Shown piece by piece: positions 28,315 through 38,167 of a DNA stretch of 64,000 bases; position 1 is the stretch's first letter, and every line of letters starts with the position of its first letter. The notes beneath the pieces were generated by a model. The model saw nothing but the letters and a program-made list of their open reading frames with translations, did no database searches and was not told the origin of the DNA. A program made the position numbers and the translations under genes. The DNA is taken from positions 118,641-182,640 of the forward strand of contig OZ240239.1 of the NCBI GenBank assembly GCA_965198095.1, given 5' to 3'. This stretch comes from Candidatus Latescibacterota bacterium. Lineage in GTDB: Bacteria > Latescibacterota > UBA2968 > GCA-2709665.

Positions 28315-31300
28315 TTAGAACGACAGGCGTGCACCGAGGACGAACAGGCGCGGCTGTTCCCCTACGCCACCGCCGGTAGGCGCGCCGTAGGACTCTGCCT
28401 GCCCGAGTGAATACCGGGTCATGTCGCGGTAGTCCCCGTACTTCAGGAAGTTCGCGTCGTCGGGCTCAAACGCCGACAGCCCGTAGAGGACGTAGTTGGA
28501 CGTCGTCGGCAGCTCGTCCTTCTGGTTGAACAGGTTCCGGATCTCGACGAAGGCCGTGGCCGTCCCGGACTGGCCGAAGCTGAAGTCCTTCTCCACGTTC
28601 AGGTCGGTCACCGTGTTGATCGGCGAGTTGCGAAGCTGCGTCGGTGCGTCAGGCGGCGTGTAATTATAGGGCGTGCCGCCCTGGACCCGGTAGAGCATCG
28701 TCACACGGCTCCCGGCCAGGGCCTTCATTTTGTAATCGGCCGGGGCCGAGAACAGGAACTGAAGCGCCGCGTAGTTGCGCCGGTCGATCCCGTTCGTCGG
28801 CTTCGGGAGCCGGTAGACATTCCGGTGGCTCGCAAACGTCTGGTCATACCCCTCGACCCGCAACGGCTGCAGCACGTAGCCCTGGGGCCCGTTGTCCGCG
28901 CCCACACCGGCGAGGTGTGCGTCGTAATTCGCCTGTGCGCGAGCCTTGTAGTCGGCCCGTTCCGCGGCCGTCGGGACCCTGGGCGTCTCCGTTCCGTCGG
29001 AATTCGAGTCTACGCCCAGGAAAAAGTCCGGGCCATCCACGAAGGACGGGTCGTGGAAGAAGACCACCGTCCACGTCCCCTGACCCGCCTTCAGCCACTG
29101 CGTGTTCCAGGACAGGTTGAACGAGGTCATCTGGCTGAACATCTTCTTGAATGAGAGCTCGAACCCGCGGGAGGTCTTCACCGTCGAGATGTTGCCCGAC
29201 CGGAAGGAGTTGTCCTTCGTCACGCCGTCCGGCCACAAGTCGGTGTTGGCCACCCAGTAATACCGCCGCTGCATGATCTGCCCCTCCAGGTCCTTGAAGT
29301 AGGCCGTGGAGCTGAGCACGTAGTCGCCGGCGAAGTTCCAGTCTATCCCGGCTTCGAACGTGACCGTGCGCTGGGGGTCGAGGTCCGTCGTGGCATACCG
29401 CTGGTTGTGCGGCTGCTCGAGCGAGTTGCCGAGTTCCGTCTGGTCGATCTGCCCGTTGTCGTTCACATCGGTGTCCACGGTGCGCGACCTGAACCCGCGG
29501 TCGTAGAGGAACTGCTTGGAGGGCATCTCGTGAAGCACGCCGCTGTAGAACCGGATCGTGGAGCGCTCCGTAATCGGGTGCGAGATGCCGAGCCGCGGGC
29601 TCACGTTCGTGATCCAGTCGGTCGACCGGAACGGCACGTTCTCGAAGCGCCGCATCCGCCACCAGTGCCACCACTGCTGGCCGTCCTGCACCCAGATGTC
29701 GCCCGCGTGCAGGGCGTCCGCCCGGAGGCCCGCGTTGATCACCAGGCCCTCGAACTCCATCTTGGTCTGGACGTAGCCCCCGACCTGCTTCGGGTTGAAG
29801 GACTCCCAGCCATCGTATATGTTGCCCTTGCCGGCCATGCGGATCCGCCGCTCATTCCCACCCGGCCTCAGGTCGTGATATTCAAACGCCAGCAGGTCAT
29901 AACGGTAGGCCTCCAGCCCGGCCTTAGCCAGGATCTGCTTGGCCACCTGGCTCGTCACGTCCGCCTTTAACGAGATGCGTTTGCGATCGTGATCCATAAG
30001 CGCATAGACACTGTATTGCTGGGTAAACCCGTAGTCATCCCTCGATTTGGACTCCGACGAGCCCTCCGCAGCGGCAACGTCGGTAGTGGTCCTCGAATTC
30101 TGCCAGGAGACCCGGATGTCGTAGAAGGTCGTCGGCGAGATCGTATGCGTGGCGGTCAAATAGGCGGCACTCTCCTTGAAGGTATGCACGCCGTGGGAAG
30201 CAAACCCCTCCGGCAGGAACATGGCGGAGGCATCCGTGGCGTTTGTCCCCCCCCCAAAATAAAAACGTTTACCAATGAAGGGACCCCGACGGAAATAGCC
30301 CAACTGGTCCCCATCATACTGGTCGCGGGTGGAATGAATACCGCCCACCTTGAACTTCATTGTGCCGCCCGAGCGGAAGGTGAAGCTCCCCATCCCCGAG
30401 AAGTTGCCCGGCGGACCCATGTTGGCGTTGGGGGTGACGGGCGCCGTCCGGTCGGTCTTGGCATTCACGAAGAACCCGGCGTTGTCAGACAGCGGGCCGT
30501 GAACCGAACCTTCGATCCAGTGACCTGTCTTTTCGTCGTAGTCGGTCCGGCTGTGGGACGATGTAAAGTCCGAATCGGACCAGGGGTTGGCCAGCCCGAT
30601 GTAACGCTTGAGCCAGCCGCTGTCGTAGATGTTGGGCCCGAAGTGCTTCACCCCCGGCGGCTCAAACCGGTACTCCAGCTGGCCACCGAATCGGGATCCG
30701 GACTCCCTGGTGACCATGCTGATCACGCCGCCAGAGGCGCCGCCATACTCGGCGTCCATCCCGCCTACGGTCACCACCACCTCCTGCAGTGCGCCCTTGT
30801 TCAGCGGGATCCACTGCTCGTAGTCGAGGTAGGTGTCGTCGTTGAGCATCTTGACGCCGTCCACCTCGTAATACTGCTGAGGCGCGGAGTTGGTCTCTGC
30901 GGTGTCGCTGCCCCGGAGGCGCACGTTGCCGTCCACCGACACCCCGGGCTGCAGCTCGAGCAGGTCATCGGTGTCCCGCGCCAGCGGCACGCTCTGAATG
31001 TCGAAGATGTCGACGACGTAACGGCTCGTCGTCTTGTCGGGTTCCACCGGAGGACGCCGTGCCGTCACCACCATCTCGGCGGCCTCCAGCGTAGCTTCCG
31101 TCATCGTGAAATTCAGTCTGGTCGTGAAGTCCGACTGCACCGACACTTCCTCCTGAGTCGAGGTGACATACCCCACCATCGACGCCGTTACCCGAACGAG
31201 GCCGGGGTCTACCGCAAGGATCAGGTAGTAACCCTCGGCATCGGTCGTGGCGCCGCGCCGGGTGCCCTCGATCACGACGTTGGCCCCCGGAAGCGGATTG

Positions 31301-31422
31301 CCGTCCGCGTCGGCGACCACGCCCTGGACCTTCCCGTACGTGCTGGCCATCACGCTGTCCGGACTGAACACCACCAGCAGCCCGGTCAACAGAAAGCAGA
31401 CGAAACTGAGTAGATATCTCAT
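28315..31422 (-). CDS. TonB-dependent outer-membrane receptor with N-terminal carboxypeptidase-regulatory-like domain (SusC-like)
   Basis: 1035 aa. Signal peptide. GKVQGVVADADGNPLPGANVVIEGT (CarbopepD_reg-like). Plug region. C-terminal ..LGARLSF. Confidence 0.75.
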   Translation of the reverse strand: MRYLLSFVCFLLTGLLVVFSPDSVMASTYGKVQGVVADADGNPLPGANVVIEGTRRGATTDAEGYYLILAVDPGLVRVTASMVGYVTSTQEEVSVQSDFTTRLNFTMTEATLEAAEMVVTARRPPVEPDKTTSRYVVDIFDIQSVPLARDTDDLLELQPGVSVDGNVRLRGSDTAETNSAPQQYYEVDGVKMLNDDTYLDYEQWIPLNKGALQEVVVTVGGMDAEYGGASGGVISMVTRESGSRFGGQLEYRFEPPGVKHFGPNIYDSGWLKRYIGLANPWSDSDFTSSHSRTDYDEKTGHWIEGSVHGPLSDNAGFFVNAKTDRTAPVTPNANMGPPGNFSGMGSFTFRSGGTMKFKVGGIHSTRDQYDGDQLGYFRRGPFIGKRFYFGGGTNATDASAMFLPEGFASHGVHTFKESAAYLTATHTISPTTFYDIRVSWQNSRTTTDVAAAEGSSESKSRDDYGFTQQYSVYALMDHDRKRISLKADVTSQVAKQILAKAGLEAYRYDLLAFEYHDLRPGGNERRIRMAGKGNIYDGWESFNPKQVGGYVQTKMEFEGLVINAGLRADALHAGDIWVQDGQQWWHWWRMRRFENVPFRSTDWITNVSPRLGISHPITERSTIRFYSGVLHEMPSKQFLYDRGFRSRTVDTDVNDNGQIDQTELGNSLEQPHNQRYATTDLDPQRTVTFEAGIDWNFAGDYVLSSTAYFKDLEGQIMQRRYYWVANTDLWPDGVTKDNSFRSGNISTVKTSRGFELSFKKMFSQMTSFNLSWNTQWLKAGQGTWTVVFFHDPSFVDGPDFFLGVDSNSDGTETPRVPTAAERADYKARAQANYDAHLAGVGADNGPQGYVLQPLRVEGYDQTFASHRNVYRLPKPTNGIDRRNYAALQFLFSAPADYKMKALAGSRVTMLYRVQGGTPYNYTPPDAPTQLRNSPINTVTDLNVEKDFSFGQSGTATAFVEIRNLFNQKDELPTTSNYVLYGLSAFEPDDANFLKYGDYRDMTRYSLGQAESYGAPTGGGVGEQPRLFVLGARLSF

Positions 31423-31980
31423 CTATTCTCCTCCTAATGCTATCTCGCGAGAAAACTGCGCGGCAGTTGCGACATGGCCTCGTCGATTTGATGATGGCCT
31501 AACGCCGAAGCAATTTGCAACAACGGTGTTGCCGTGCTTACCGTAGAAACGTTAAACGCCATTCAGACAAGGCACCACCTCCTTGAACCTGAAGCGATAA
31601 CAAAAACTGTGAAATACACCCGCGGATTTAGAACTAGATAAACTACGCAGTATACGCTCGGCGTGTCAAGAAAATTCTCAGCTTCAAAAACAGACAGGTT
31701 GGGTAGCCTATTTTTCACGAACGACGCGTTGACTCTTCTCCGGCCCCGACGCGCGGGATGATTGAATTCCCGCGCTCAGAGAAACGGACCGTCTTCCTGC
31801 GTCGGACGCGCGTCTATGAACCTATCCGATGCAACATCAAAGGCCAACACATCGACTCTGTCTTTCCGGTTGTCGTTGTCACAGGCGAGGCTTTTCTGAA
31901 GGCGCGCCAACTCACGTTGCAAACTTCGTGACATGAAACAAGCCGCCCGGAGCAGGATGCGCGGCGTGACATCCGATCTC

Positions 31981-33258
31981 TCACCAGGTGCCGGCTCTGC
32001 CCGCTTCAGAAGGGCCCCTATAGACGGGCTCGAACGTGTCGTCGTCGTCCGCGCCGAACCCCGTGGGCGGATGCACGACGCGCGACGCGCGTTGCAGGAC
32101 ATAGACCACCTTGAGGCTTGAATTCCGAATCACAACCCAGGCAAGCTGGGCGTCATCCCGGGGTCTCAAGGCCACGCCGCGATTGGGGATGGCTCCGGTC
32201 GTCCATCCGTTCACGAGGGCACGATCCAGGGGGAGGCCCACAGTGCCGGTTTGGTCGATGGACGTAAACCGGCTGCTGTCGTAGGTCGTGTAGTGCAACC
32301 GCCCGGATTCTGCACTTGCATCTACGCGGTCGATCTGAAAGGGAAAGACATCGAAAAAGGAAAGGTCCGGATCGACCTCGACCTCCAGCTCAGCGGAATA
32401 GACGGTCCGCCGGGTCAGGTTCGGGACGTCGAATCGGAGGAGCGACCCATACCGGATGCCGGAGGCCACCATCAGCTGATCGGTCTCCGGACGGTCGTCC
32501 GTGCGCGCTCCCCAGTAGGTGTCGTCAACCGCACCGGTCTCAAATCGGTGTGCCTCTCCGCCAAGGGTAAACAGGAACTCGAGCTTGGGGCGCCGCCCCT
32601 CTGTTCCCGGCCTCGAGGCATCCCCCGACGTGAGCACGGTGAGAAACTCCGATCCGGCCGCCGGATGCAGCATCACCTCCAGAAACGGCGCGGCGGCGTC
32701 GGCATCCAGCGCGTCGTCCAGAATCAGTCCGGGAAGGTCGACCGTCAGGCGGCCGGCGCCATCGTCCGTGACAGTGGCGCCGGGTAACGCCGAAGCCGGA
32801 AGGTCGACGTGTGCGGCAGGATCCCGTCTGCTCACGAACGTGCTCGTTTCATCCCAAACCCCCTCCGGGCGGCTGATTTGCAGGTCCGGGATGCCGCGAC
32901 CGCCACCATCCGCGTGCGTCCGGAGATGCATCCGGAGCGATATCATGACAAGGTCGCGAGCGCTGTTGCCGCCCGCCGCGCGAGCCATGGAATCGGCAGG
33001 CATCCGGAAGCGAAGCAAAGACCTCAACACGATCCCGTTCATCCGCCCAACCCGCAACTCGTCAGACTTCCCGTGGACGAGTGGCACGATGCCCTCGAAC
33101 GTCGACTTACCCTCCGAAAGGGCGAGTGGATCCAGTTCTGTCAGGAGCGGCTCGGACGAGACCTCCGACAGCCTTACGACGTCGCCGGACTTCCCGCAAG
33201 AGACGATGGATGCGAACGCCAGAAGAGGCAGTGCGAGGAGGGATTTTGAGAAGGTCAT
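31981..33258 (-). CDS. hypothetical lipoprotein
   Basis: Start refined to MTFSKSLLALPLLAFASIVSCGKSG (lipobox IVSC). No recognisable domain. ORF track 31981..33414. Confidence 0.45.
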   Translation of the reverse strand: MTFSKSLLALPLLAFASIVSCGKSGDVVRLSEVSSEPLLTELDPLALSEGKSTFEGIVPLVHGKSDELRVGRMNGIVLRSLLRFRMPADSMARAAGGNSARDLVMISLRMHLRTHADGGGRGIPDLQISRPEGVWDETSTFVSRRDPAAHVDLPASALPGATVTDDGAGRLTVDLPGLILDDALDADAAAPFLEVMLHPAAGSEFLTVLTSGDASRPGTEGRRPKLEFLFTLGGEAHRFETGAVDDTYWGARTDDRPETDQLMVASGIRYGSLLRFDVPNLTRRTVYSAELEVEVDPDLSFFDVFPFQIDRVDASAESGRLHYTTYDSSRFTSIDQTGTVGLPLDRALVNGWTTGAIPNRGVALRPRDDAQLAWVVIRNSSLKVVYVLQRASRVVHPPTGFGADDDDTFEPVYRGPSEAGRAGTW

Positions 33259-33399
33259 GGGTCTTCCGGTGCTGCCGCGTCTTCCGTGAACCTTGAATTC
33301 CCTTCGTAAAGCTACGGAAAAGTGGGAAAAAGTAAAGCCTTCCAGGGGTGGTTCTCCAAACGGAATCGGCATTGGGATGGCATACACACACGTCGTCAT

Positions 33400-34250
33400 C
33401 CGCGGCTTCGCCAACAGAGTTGGCGATTGGATTGGCGCACCCTAAGTCGCCGTCTGTGGCTTCGCCAACAGAGTTGGCCATAGGATTGGCACATCTTAAA
33501 TCGCAATCTGTGGCTTCGCCAACAGAGTTGGCGATTGGATTCGTGCACCCTAAATCGCAATCTGTGGCTTCGCCAACAGAGTTGGCTCCTACCGGATTTG
33601 GGACGTTATGACATCGGTGAATCCAATAGGCCCAATAATCCGGTAGGAGCCGTCTCCCGACGGCGAACCATCTGATCGCAGTGTGGTGCCTCTGCTGAAC
33701 CTATGGGTGGCGATTGGATTCGTGCACCCTACGTCGCCGTCTGTGGCTTCGCCAACAGAGTTGGCTCCTACCGGATTCGGGACGTTTTGATATCGGTGAA
33801 TTCAATTCACCGGAAAATACGGTAGGAGCCGTCTCCCGACGGCGAACCATCTGATCGCGGTGTGGTGCCTCTGCTGAACCTATGGGTGGCGATTGGATTG
33901 GCGCACCCTAAGTCGCCGTCCATGGCTTCGCCAACAGAGTTGGCAATTGGATTGGCGCACCCTAAGTCGCCGTCCATGGCTTCGCCAACAGAGTTGGCTC
34001 CTACCGGATTCGGGACGTTTTGATATCGGTGAATTCAATTCACCGGAAAATACGGTAGGAGCCGTCTCCCGACGGCGAACCATCTGATCGCGGTGTGCGC
34101 CTCTGCTGAACCTATGGGTGGCCATAGGATTGGCGCACCCTAAATCGCAATCTGTGGCTTCGCCAACAGAGTTGGCCATGGGATTGGCGCACCCTAAATC
34201 GCAATCTGTGGCTTCGCCAACAGAGTTGGCTCCTACCGGATTTGTGGCGT
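33400..34250. repeat. mosaic BIME-like repeat array combining two repeat families
   Basis: Family 1 is a ~54-bp tandem unit: GTGGCTTCGCCAACAGAGTTGG followed by (C)GATTGGATTGGCGCACCCTAAGTCGCCGTCT-like sequence. Family 2 is the ~125-160-bp hairpin unit GGCTCCTACCGGATT..CGGTAGGAGCCGTCTCCCGACGGCGAAC, the same family as the RAYT-associated REPs. Confidence 0.7.
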
Positions 34251-34349
34251 TATGACATTGGCGCTACGGAGCGCAAAATACGTGCCGCCAGCAGCTCGGC
34301 TGCCCGCGGCGTTGCGCGCTTCTTCGTGTCACTCCGCGATACGAAAAAC

Positions 34350-34379
34350 AAGCCGCCCGGAGCGCCTGCTCCGGGCGGC
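34350..34379 (-). terminator. Rho-independent terminator of the 41604-to-34419 catabolic operon
   Basis: AGCCGCCCGGAGC gcct GCTCCGGGCGGCT hairpin followed on the minus strand by UUGUUUUUCG. Confidence 0.6.
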
Positions 34380-34418
34380 TGCTCATTGCCGCGATATGAT
34401 TTCGCCATTTGGAACCGA

Positions 34419-35192
34419 TCAAACCTGGGTCGTGCCGGCCATGGATCCGCCATCAACCGCGATGGTCTGACCGCTGACGTATCGGGATTCGTCAGAGGCC
34501 AGGTAGACCGCCAACTCGGCGATATCTTCGGGCCGACCGAGCCGCCCCAGGGGGACGGCCGCCGCGTTCACGCTCCGTTTCGCCTCGCCGTCTTCGGTCG
34601 ACGCGTAGTAGCGCGCGAGCATGGGCGTATCGGTCGCGATCGGGCAGATCGCGTTGGCGCGAATGGCCTCCTTCGCGAAGTCGATTGCGAGGGACCGGGT
34701 GAGGGCGGTCACGGCCCCCTTCGAGGCGGCGTACAAGGGCATATCGGGCCGGACCCGCAGCGCGGTGAGCGAGGCGATATTGATGATCGAGCCGCCTCCG
34801 CTCTCGATCATCAGCGGAATAGCCTGTTTGCACACGAGCAGGACCGCCAGGACGTTCAGATTCATCGTGCGATGGAAATCGGCCTCGGCCGTCTCCAGCA
34901 GGGGCTTGAGCTCGCAGATCCCGGCGTTGTTGTCCAGGACGTCCAGTCTTCCATACTCGGACCGAATGGCCGCCACTGACTGCCGCACATCGGCCTCGGA
35001 GGTCACGTCCGCCTCCAAGGCCAAGGCGGTTCCGCCCTGGCTCCGGATCCGGTCCGCGACCTTCGACCCGTTCTGCGCATCGATGTCCACGACCACCACC
35101 TTGGCCCCTTCTCTGGCGAAGGCCAGCGCAGTGGCCTGTCCGATGCCGGCTCCGCCGCCGGTGATCAGCGCAACCTTATTCCGTAAACGCAT
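34419..35192 (-). CDS. SDR-family oxidoreductase
   Basis: Start at [20 protein letters not shown] (TGxxxGxG). YxxxK in LYAASKGAV. Confidence 0.85.
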   Translation of the reverse strand: MRLRNKVALITGGGAGIGQATALAFAREGAKVVVVDIDAQNGSKVADRIRSQGGTALALEADVTSEADVRQSVAAIRSEYGRLDVLDNNAGICELKPLLETAEADFHRTMNLNVLAVLLVCKQAIPLMIESGGGSIINIASLTALRVRPDMPLYAASKGAVTALTRSLAIDFAKEAIRANAICPIATDTPMLARYYASTEDGEAKRSVNAAAVPLGRLGRPEDIAELAVYLASDESRYVSGQTIAVDGGSMAGTTQV

Positions 35193-35322
35193 AGCCTTGT
35201 CTCGCGGATGATGCATTTGTAGGGGCGAACACGAGGTCCACCCCTACCGATCTGTCTTCCGAATACCATCATTCGATCCGGTCCCCGATAAGACGAACGA
35301 CGATCCAAGGTTTTAAAGTCCG

Positions 35323-35352
35323 CGGTACCCGTGTTTTGATTTCCCGGTACCC
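35323..35352 (-). promoter_or_regulatory. GGTACC-N16-GGTACC box (copy 5; TTTTGATTT variant)
   Basis: CGGTACCCGTGTTTTGATTTCCCGGTACCC, ~130 bp upstream of the SDR start. Preceded by AGACGAACGACGATCCAAGGTTTT. Confidence 0.5.
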
Positions 35353-35357
35353 GATGC

Positions 35358-36296
35358 TCACGTTTCTCTATAGATCGGCACGTTGGCGACGGCCGCTTCG
35401 ATCTGATCGGGACCGTAGGTCGCCTGATCCGAGCTCGGTACCAGCCGGCTGTCCATACCGGTCATCTCCGCCCGCAGGCCCGTTCTCGCCGCCTTGATCT
35501 CCCGCATTCGAGCCAGCCATCGCGCCCGCGTGAGATGCCCGTCGGGGTTCGAATGCCAGCTGCCAGGGAAGACATCGGGATCGTCCCACGGCGCCGTCTC
35601 TTTCGGTTCGTTGATGATCAACTGCCAGCGGGTGGCCTCCATCTCCGCTTCGGTTTCCGGATACTTGTAGAACCCGACGCGACACATTCTGCGGTCCACG
35701 AAGCCGCCCCAACTGGCGTGCCACAGCCGAACGTCGAAGGCCACGACGTCGCCCGGATCCGCCTCGCAGGCGTAGGCGGGGACGTGCTCCACGCCCCCGA
35801 GCGCCCGCTTGATCGGGTGCGATCCGCCCAGCTTCTGTTTGGCCCTCACGTCGCGCAGCACATCGTGAAACGGATTCTGGTGTGAGCCCGAAATCACCCG
35901 AAGCGCGCCCCTGTCCGCCCGGACCGGCTGGAGATAGAAGAGAAAGCTCACGCCGGACTGGTTGATGTTCACCGTGTCGGGGTGCCATTTGGTGCCTGGG
36001 TTCACGAAGCGCATTACGCTGCACGGCCCGATCGCGAAGACGTCTTCGCCGAACATCCGCTCCGCCGTCCCGACGAACCTCGGGTCTTCGGTCAGCCCGG
36101 AAAGAAACGGCCCGTCCTGGACCCTGAAATAGAAGCCCTGCCGCTTGCTGCCGTCGAACGCGTCATACCGAGAAACGCGCTCGGCCGCGCGCTCGAACTC
36201 GGCGTTGATTGCCTCCACCTCGTCCCGCGTGAACAGGCTTTTCAGGATTACGAATCCGAACGTCCTGAAGTGCGAAAGCTGCTCCTGGGTCAACAT
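35358..36296 (-). CDS. phytanoyl-CoA dioxygenase (PhyH) family oxygenase
   Basis: Start refined to MLTQEQLSHFRTFGFVIL (AAGGAGG Shine-Dalgarno). WHPDT..D and HASWGG consistent with a 2-His-1-carboxylate site. ORF track 35358..36335. Confidence 0.65.
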   Translation of the reverse strand: MLTQEQLSHFRTFGFVILKSLFTRDEVEAINAEFERAAERVSRYDAFDGSKRQGFYFRVQDGPFLSGLTEDPRFVGTAERMFGEDVFAIGPCSVMRFVNPGTKWHPDTVNINQSGVSFLFYLQPVRADRGALRVISGSHQNPFHDVLRDVRAKQKLGGSHPIKRALGGVEHVPAYACEADPGDVVAFDVRLWHASWGGFVDRRMCRVGFYKYPETEAEMEATRWQLIINEPKETAPWDDPDVFPGSWHSNPDGHLTRARWLARMREIKAARTGLRAEMTGMDSRLVPSSDQATYGPDQIEAAVANVPIYRET

Positions 36297-36516
36297 GAGC
36301 CTTCCCTCCTTTTGCAGCGTCCCCCGTCCCCGCAAAAGACATGCCGTGTGGCACCGGCAGCAAGCTGCCGGTGGATCATGATGAGCCTGTTGTGTTTCTT
36401 AGCGTGAGGAATCTTGCACGGGCAGACAAGCTGCCCGTGGCACACGTGACTGGATTCGCGATCTCACGCGCAGAACCACCGGCGATCCGATTCAGTCTTT
36501 CGAACGACGGTTTTTT

Positions 36517-36545
36517 CGGGACACCTGTTTTGATTTCCGCTACTC
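36517..36545 (-). promoter_or_regulatory. degenerate GGTACC-box-like element (CGGGACACCTGTTTTGATTTCCGCTACTC)
   Basis: Preceded by the CGAACGACGGTTTTTT flank shared with other copies. Lies between the TPP-enzyme stop and the PhyH start. Confidence 0.3.
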
Positions 36546-36547
36546 TC

Positions 36548-38164
36548 TCATGCGGTAATTTTCTGCAGCCCCAGCTTTACCGGCACCTCGATCAGCGTCG
36601 GCTTTTCACTCTCAAGCGCCGCCTCGATCGCCGGGCCTATCCCATCAAGCCGCTCCACCCGGACCGCGTCCGCACCAAACGCCTTTCCCAGGGCTACGAA
36701 GTCGGGGTTCACGAGATCCACCTCGCTCCTTTGGCCGAAACGATCGTCCTGTTGAATCCGAAGGATGCCGTAACCCCGGTCGTCAAAGACCAGAATCACG
36801 ACCGGGAGGCCGTACTGTACCGCAGTCGCCAGTTCCTGACAGGTCAGCATGAAGCCCCCGTCTCCGCAGATGGCGACCACCGGCCGGTCCGGATGGGCAA
36901 CCTTGGCCCCCAGGGCAGCGGGAAGGCCGTAGCCCAGCGTGCATCCGCCCATCGGGTAAAGATAGGTGCGCGGCGCATAGATATCCAGCATCTGCCAGCC
37001 CAGGTTGGTGCACACCGTCACATCCATGGCAAAGATCGTTTCCCTCGGGAGCGCGGAACGGACGTCCTGGATCATCCGGGTTTCAACGGGAAGCGCCTCC
37101 TGCCAGAGGCTCCGGACCTCCGCCTTCAGGTCGGCCACCTCGGCTTGACGGCCTTGCCGCGGCAATGAATCTGTCGAAAGCTGACCCAGGATCGCTTCGA
37201 GCGTCGCCGCCGCATCCCCCGCGAGAGGCAGGGCTGCCGGATAGTTTTTTCCGATCATCTCCGGATCGATATCGATATGGATGACCGTCTCCGGAAGCTG
37301 CAGCGTCCACTTATCGGTGGCCAGGTAAGAAAATCGCGTCCCGACGGCCAGCAGCAGGTCGCAGCCCTTGAGATAGTCGCGCACGGGTCGCTGCCCGAGG
37401 AGGTAACCCAGGTGCAGGGGATGATCGGCCGGCAGTGCGCCCTTGCCCAGATTCGTCGTCAGCACAGGGGCCTGGAGCGTTTCGGCGAGCTGTGCAAGCT
37501 CGGCACAGGCCCCGCCGCTCACGACGCCGCCGCCCGCCCAGAGGATCGGGCGCTTCGACTGTTCGATCAGGTCAACCGCTTTCTCGATTCCATCCCGGCT
37601 CGGTGCCGGTCGCGACGGTTGCGAGGCTGCCGGGATCGCCACTTCGTCCGCGGCGTCCAGGACATCTACGGGCAGTTCCAGTGCAACAGGCCTTGGACGA
37701 CCCGACAAAGCGCTGCGAATCGCCGCCCGTAGTTCGGGAACGATCTCCGCGACGCCCGACGCCCTCGCGCTGAAGCCAGTCACTCGCTCCAGCATCCCCA
37801 GCTGGTCGGGCACTTCGTGATAGACGCCTTTGCCGGCGTCGATGTACGCCGAGGGGATCTGCGTGCACAATAGCAGGACGGGGCACGAGTCGCCGTAAGA
37901 TGTAGCAAGCGCCCCGAGCGTATTCAGCGCGGCCGGTCCCGTCGTGGTCAGACAGACGCCGAGCCTGCCCGTCGACCGGGCGTAGCCGTCGGCCATGAAT
38001 GCGGCGCCCTGCTCGTGGCGAACCAGGACGTGACGAATCTCCGGCACGTCCAGCAGCGCGTCATAGATCGACAGGGAGTGGCTGCCCGGGATGCCGAAGA
38101 CGGTATCCACCCCTTCCGCCAGGAGCGTTTGGACAACCGCCTGCCCCCCGGTTAGACGCGGCAT
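36548..38164 (-). CDS. thiamine-pyrophosphate-dependent enzyme (acetolactate synthase large subunit / benzoylformate decarboxylase-like)
   Basis: 538 aa. N-terminal TPP-PYR domain (GIPGSHSL). C-terminal TPP-binding GDGGF..N motif (ICGDGGFMLTCQEL). Confidence 0.8.
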   Translation of the reverse strand: MPRLTGGQAVVQTLLAEGVDTVFGIPGSHSLSIYDALLDVPEIRHVLVRHEQGAAFMADGYARSTGRLGVCLTTTGPAALNTLGALATSYGDSCPVLLLCTQIPSAYIDAGKGVYHEVPDQLGMLERVTGFSARASGVAEIVPELRAAIRSALSGRPRPVALELPVDVLDAADEVAIPAASQPSRPAPSRDGIEKAVDLIEQSKRPILWAGGGVVSGGACAELAQLAETLQAPVLTTNLGKGALPADHPLHLGYLLGQRPVRDYLKGCDLLLAVGTRFSYLATDKWTLQLPETVIHIDIDPEMIGKNYPAALPLAGDAAATLEAILGQLSTDSLPRQGRQAEVADLKAEVRSLWQEALPVETRMIQDVRSALPRETIFAMDVTVCTNLGWQMLDIYAPRTYLYPMGGCTLGYGLPAALGAKVAHPDRPVVAICGDGGFMLTCQELATAVQYGLPVVILVFDDRGYGILRIQQDDRFGQRSEVDLVNPDFVALGKAFGADAVRVERLDGIGPAIEAALESEKPTLIEVPVKLGLQKITA

Positions 38165-38167
38165 GTG

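Noticed and set aside
33400-34250. CRISPR array hypothesis for the 22-nt core repeat separated by ~32-nt segments
   Set aside because: The intervening segments are not unique. They are two alternating, mutually similar variants plus copies of the REP-like hairpin element. No cas genes are present. The array is better explained as a BIME-like mosaic.
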